A stretch of DNA of 64,000 nucleotides from an uncultured bacterium (lineage in GTDB: Bacteria; Bacillota_I; Bacilli_A; RFN20; CAG-826). The DNA is taken from positions 8,365-72,364 of the forward strand of contig CASGAB010000001.1 of NCBI GenBank assembly GCA_949299395.1, in the 5' to 3' direction. Shown piece by piece: positions 63,784 through 64,000 of the stretch (positions are counted from its first letter, which is position 1; the number at the start of each line of letters is the position of its first letter). A program made the translations under genes and the position numbers. The notes beneath the pieces were generated by a model that saw nothing but the letters and a program-made list of their open reading frames with translations, was not told the DNA's origin and made no database searches.

Positions 63784-64000
63784 TAATTATCCCCTTGAAT
63801 ATCTCTAAAAAGATCTTTTAAGAGTATAAAATTCTCATTAAATTCACTCGTTTTGTAGGTTTTAGAAATTAAAATAATCATATCGATATTTTTTGAATAA
63901 TCAGTTAGATGATCAATCATATTTCTAACCTGTCTTTTAATTTTATTTCTAATAACCGCATTTCCGTTTTTCTTACTAACTAAAAGTCCAATACGGGTAT
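63783..64000 (-). CDS. rnpA: Ribonuclease P protein component, 3' part only (the gene continues beyond the window end)
   Basis: The reverse-strand translation is '...LLVSKKNGNAVIRNKIKRQVRNMIDHL...KDLFREIQGDN*'. The 'GNAV.RN+IKR' motif is typical of RnpA. The stop is TAA at 63783-63785. Confidence 0.8.
   Translation of the reverse strand, partial: TRIGLLVSKKNGNAVIRNKIKRQVRNMIDHLTDYSKNIDMIILISKTYKTSEFNENFILLKDLFRDIQGDN

Noticed and set aside
1-64000. Search for rRNA, tRNA, CRISPR arrays, IS elements and integrases
   Set aside because: No GC-rich structured RNA-like islands, no regularly spaced direct repeats and no transposase or integrase-like ORFs were seen. All intergenic regions longer than 100 bp are accounted for by promoter and terminator features.

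Overview
This is a low-GC (roughly 28-30% by eye) bacterial chromosomal segment that uses the standard genetic code, judging by long uninterrupted ORFs such as Mfd (1161 aa) and FtsH (678 aa). It looks Firmicutes/Mollicutes-related, possibly Acholeplasma-like. The right end is the classic origin-proximal block: rnpA (partial), yidC, jag, mnmE, tatD, rnmV, rsmA, ispE. The middle carries a conserved Firmicutes housekeeping run: pth, mfd, an S4-domain gene (yabO-like), tilS, ftsH, dusB, lysS, then trxB and ppdK. The left 25 kb is accessory-like. It holds two paralogous CUT1-type ABC sugar transporters, in gene order ATPase, permease, permease, binding protein, whose ATPases carry large insertions. 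It also holds a surface lipoprotein trio (staphylococcal-nuclease-like nuclease, a Big_2/OB-fold protein, a 5'-nucleotidase) that resembles the Mycoplasma nuclease-plus-ABC-transporter arrangement. There is an MntA/HepT toxin-antitoxin pair in which the HepT toxin is inactivated by two in-frame stop codons. Most notably, a tightly packed minus-strand operon at 18918-24626 has a SIR2_2-family (defence-type sirtuin-like) protein followed by four tandem diverged RDD-family membrane paralogs; I flag this as a candidate undescribed defence or abortive-infection-like system. Other features are a TetR regulator with a heterodimeric ABC exporter, a giant N-rich surface protein ending in a VanZ-like domain, a membrane-anchored Fe-alcohol-dehydrogenase fusion, a NUDIX/ABC-2 cluster, and several clean bidirectional intrinsic terminators. 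I found no rRNA, tRNA, CRISPR array, transposase or integrase.
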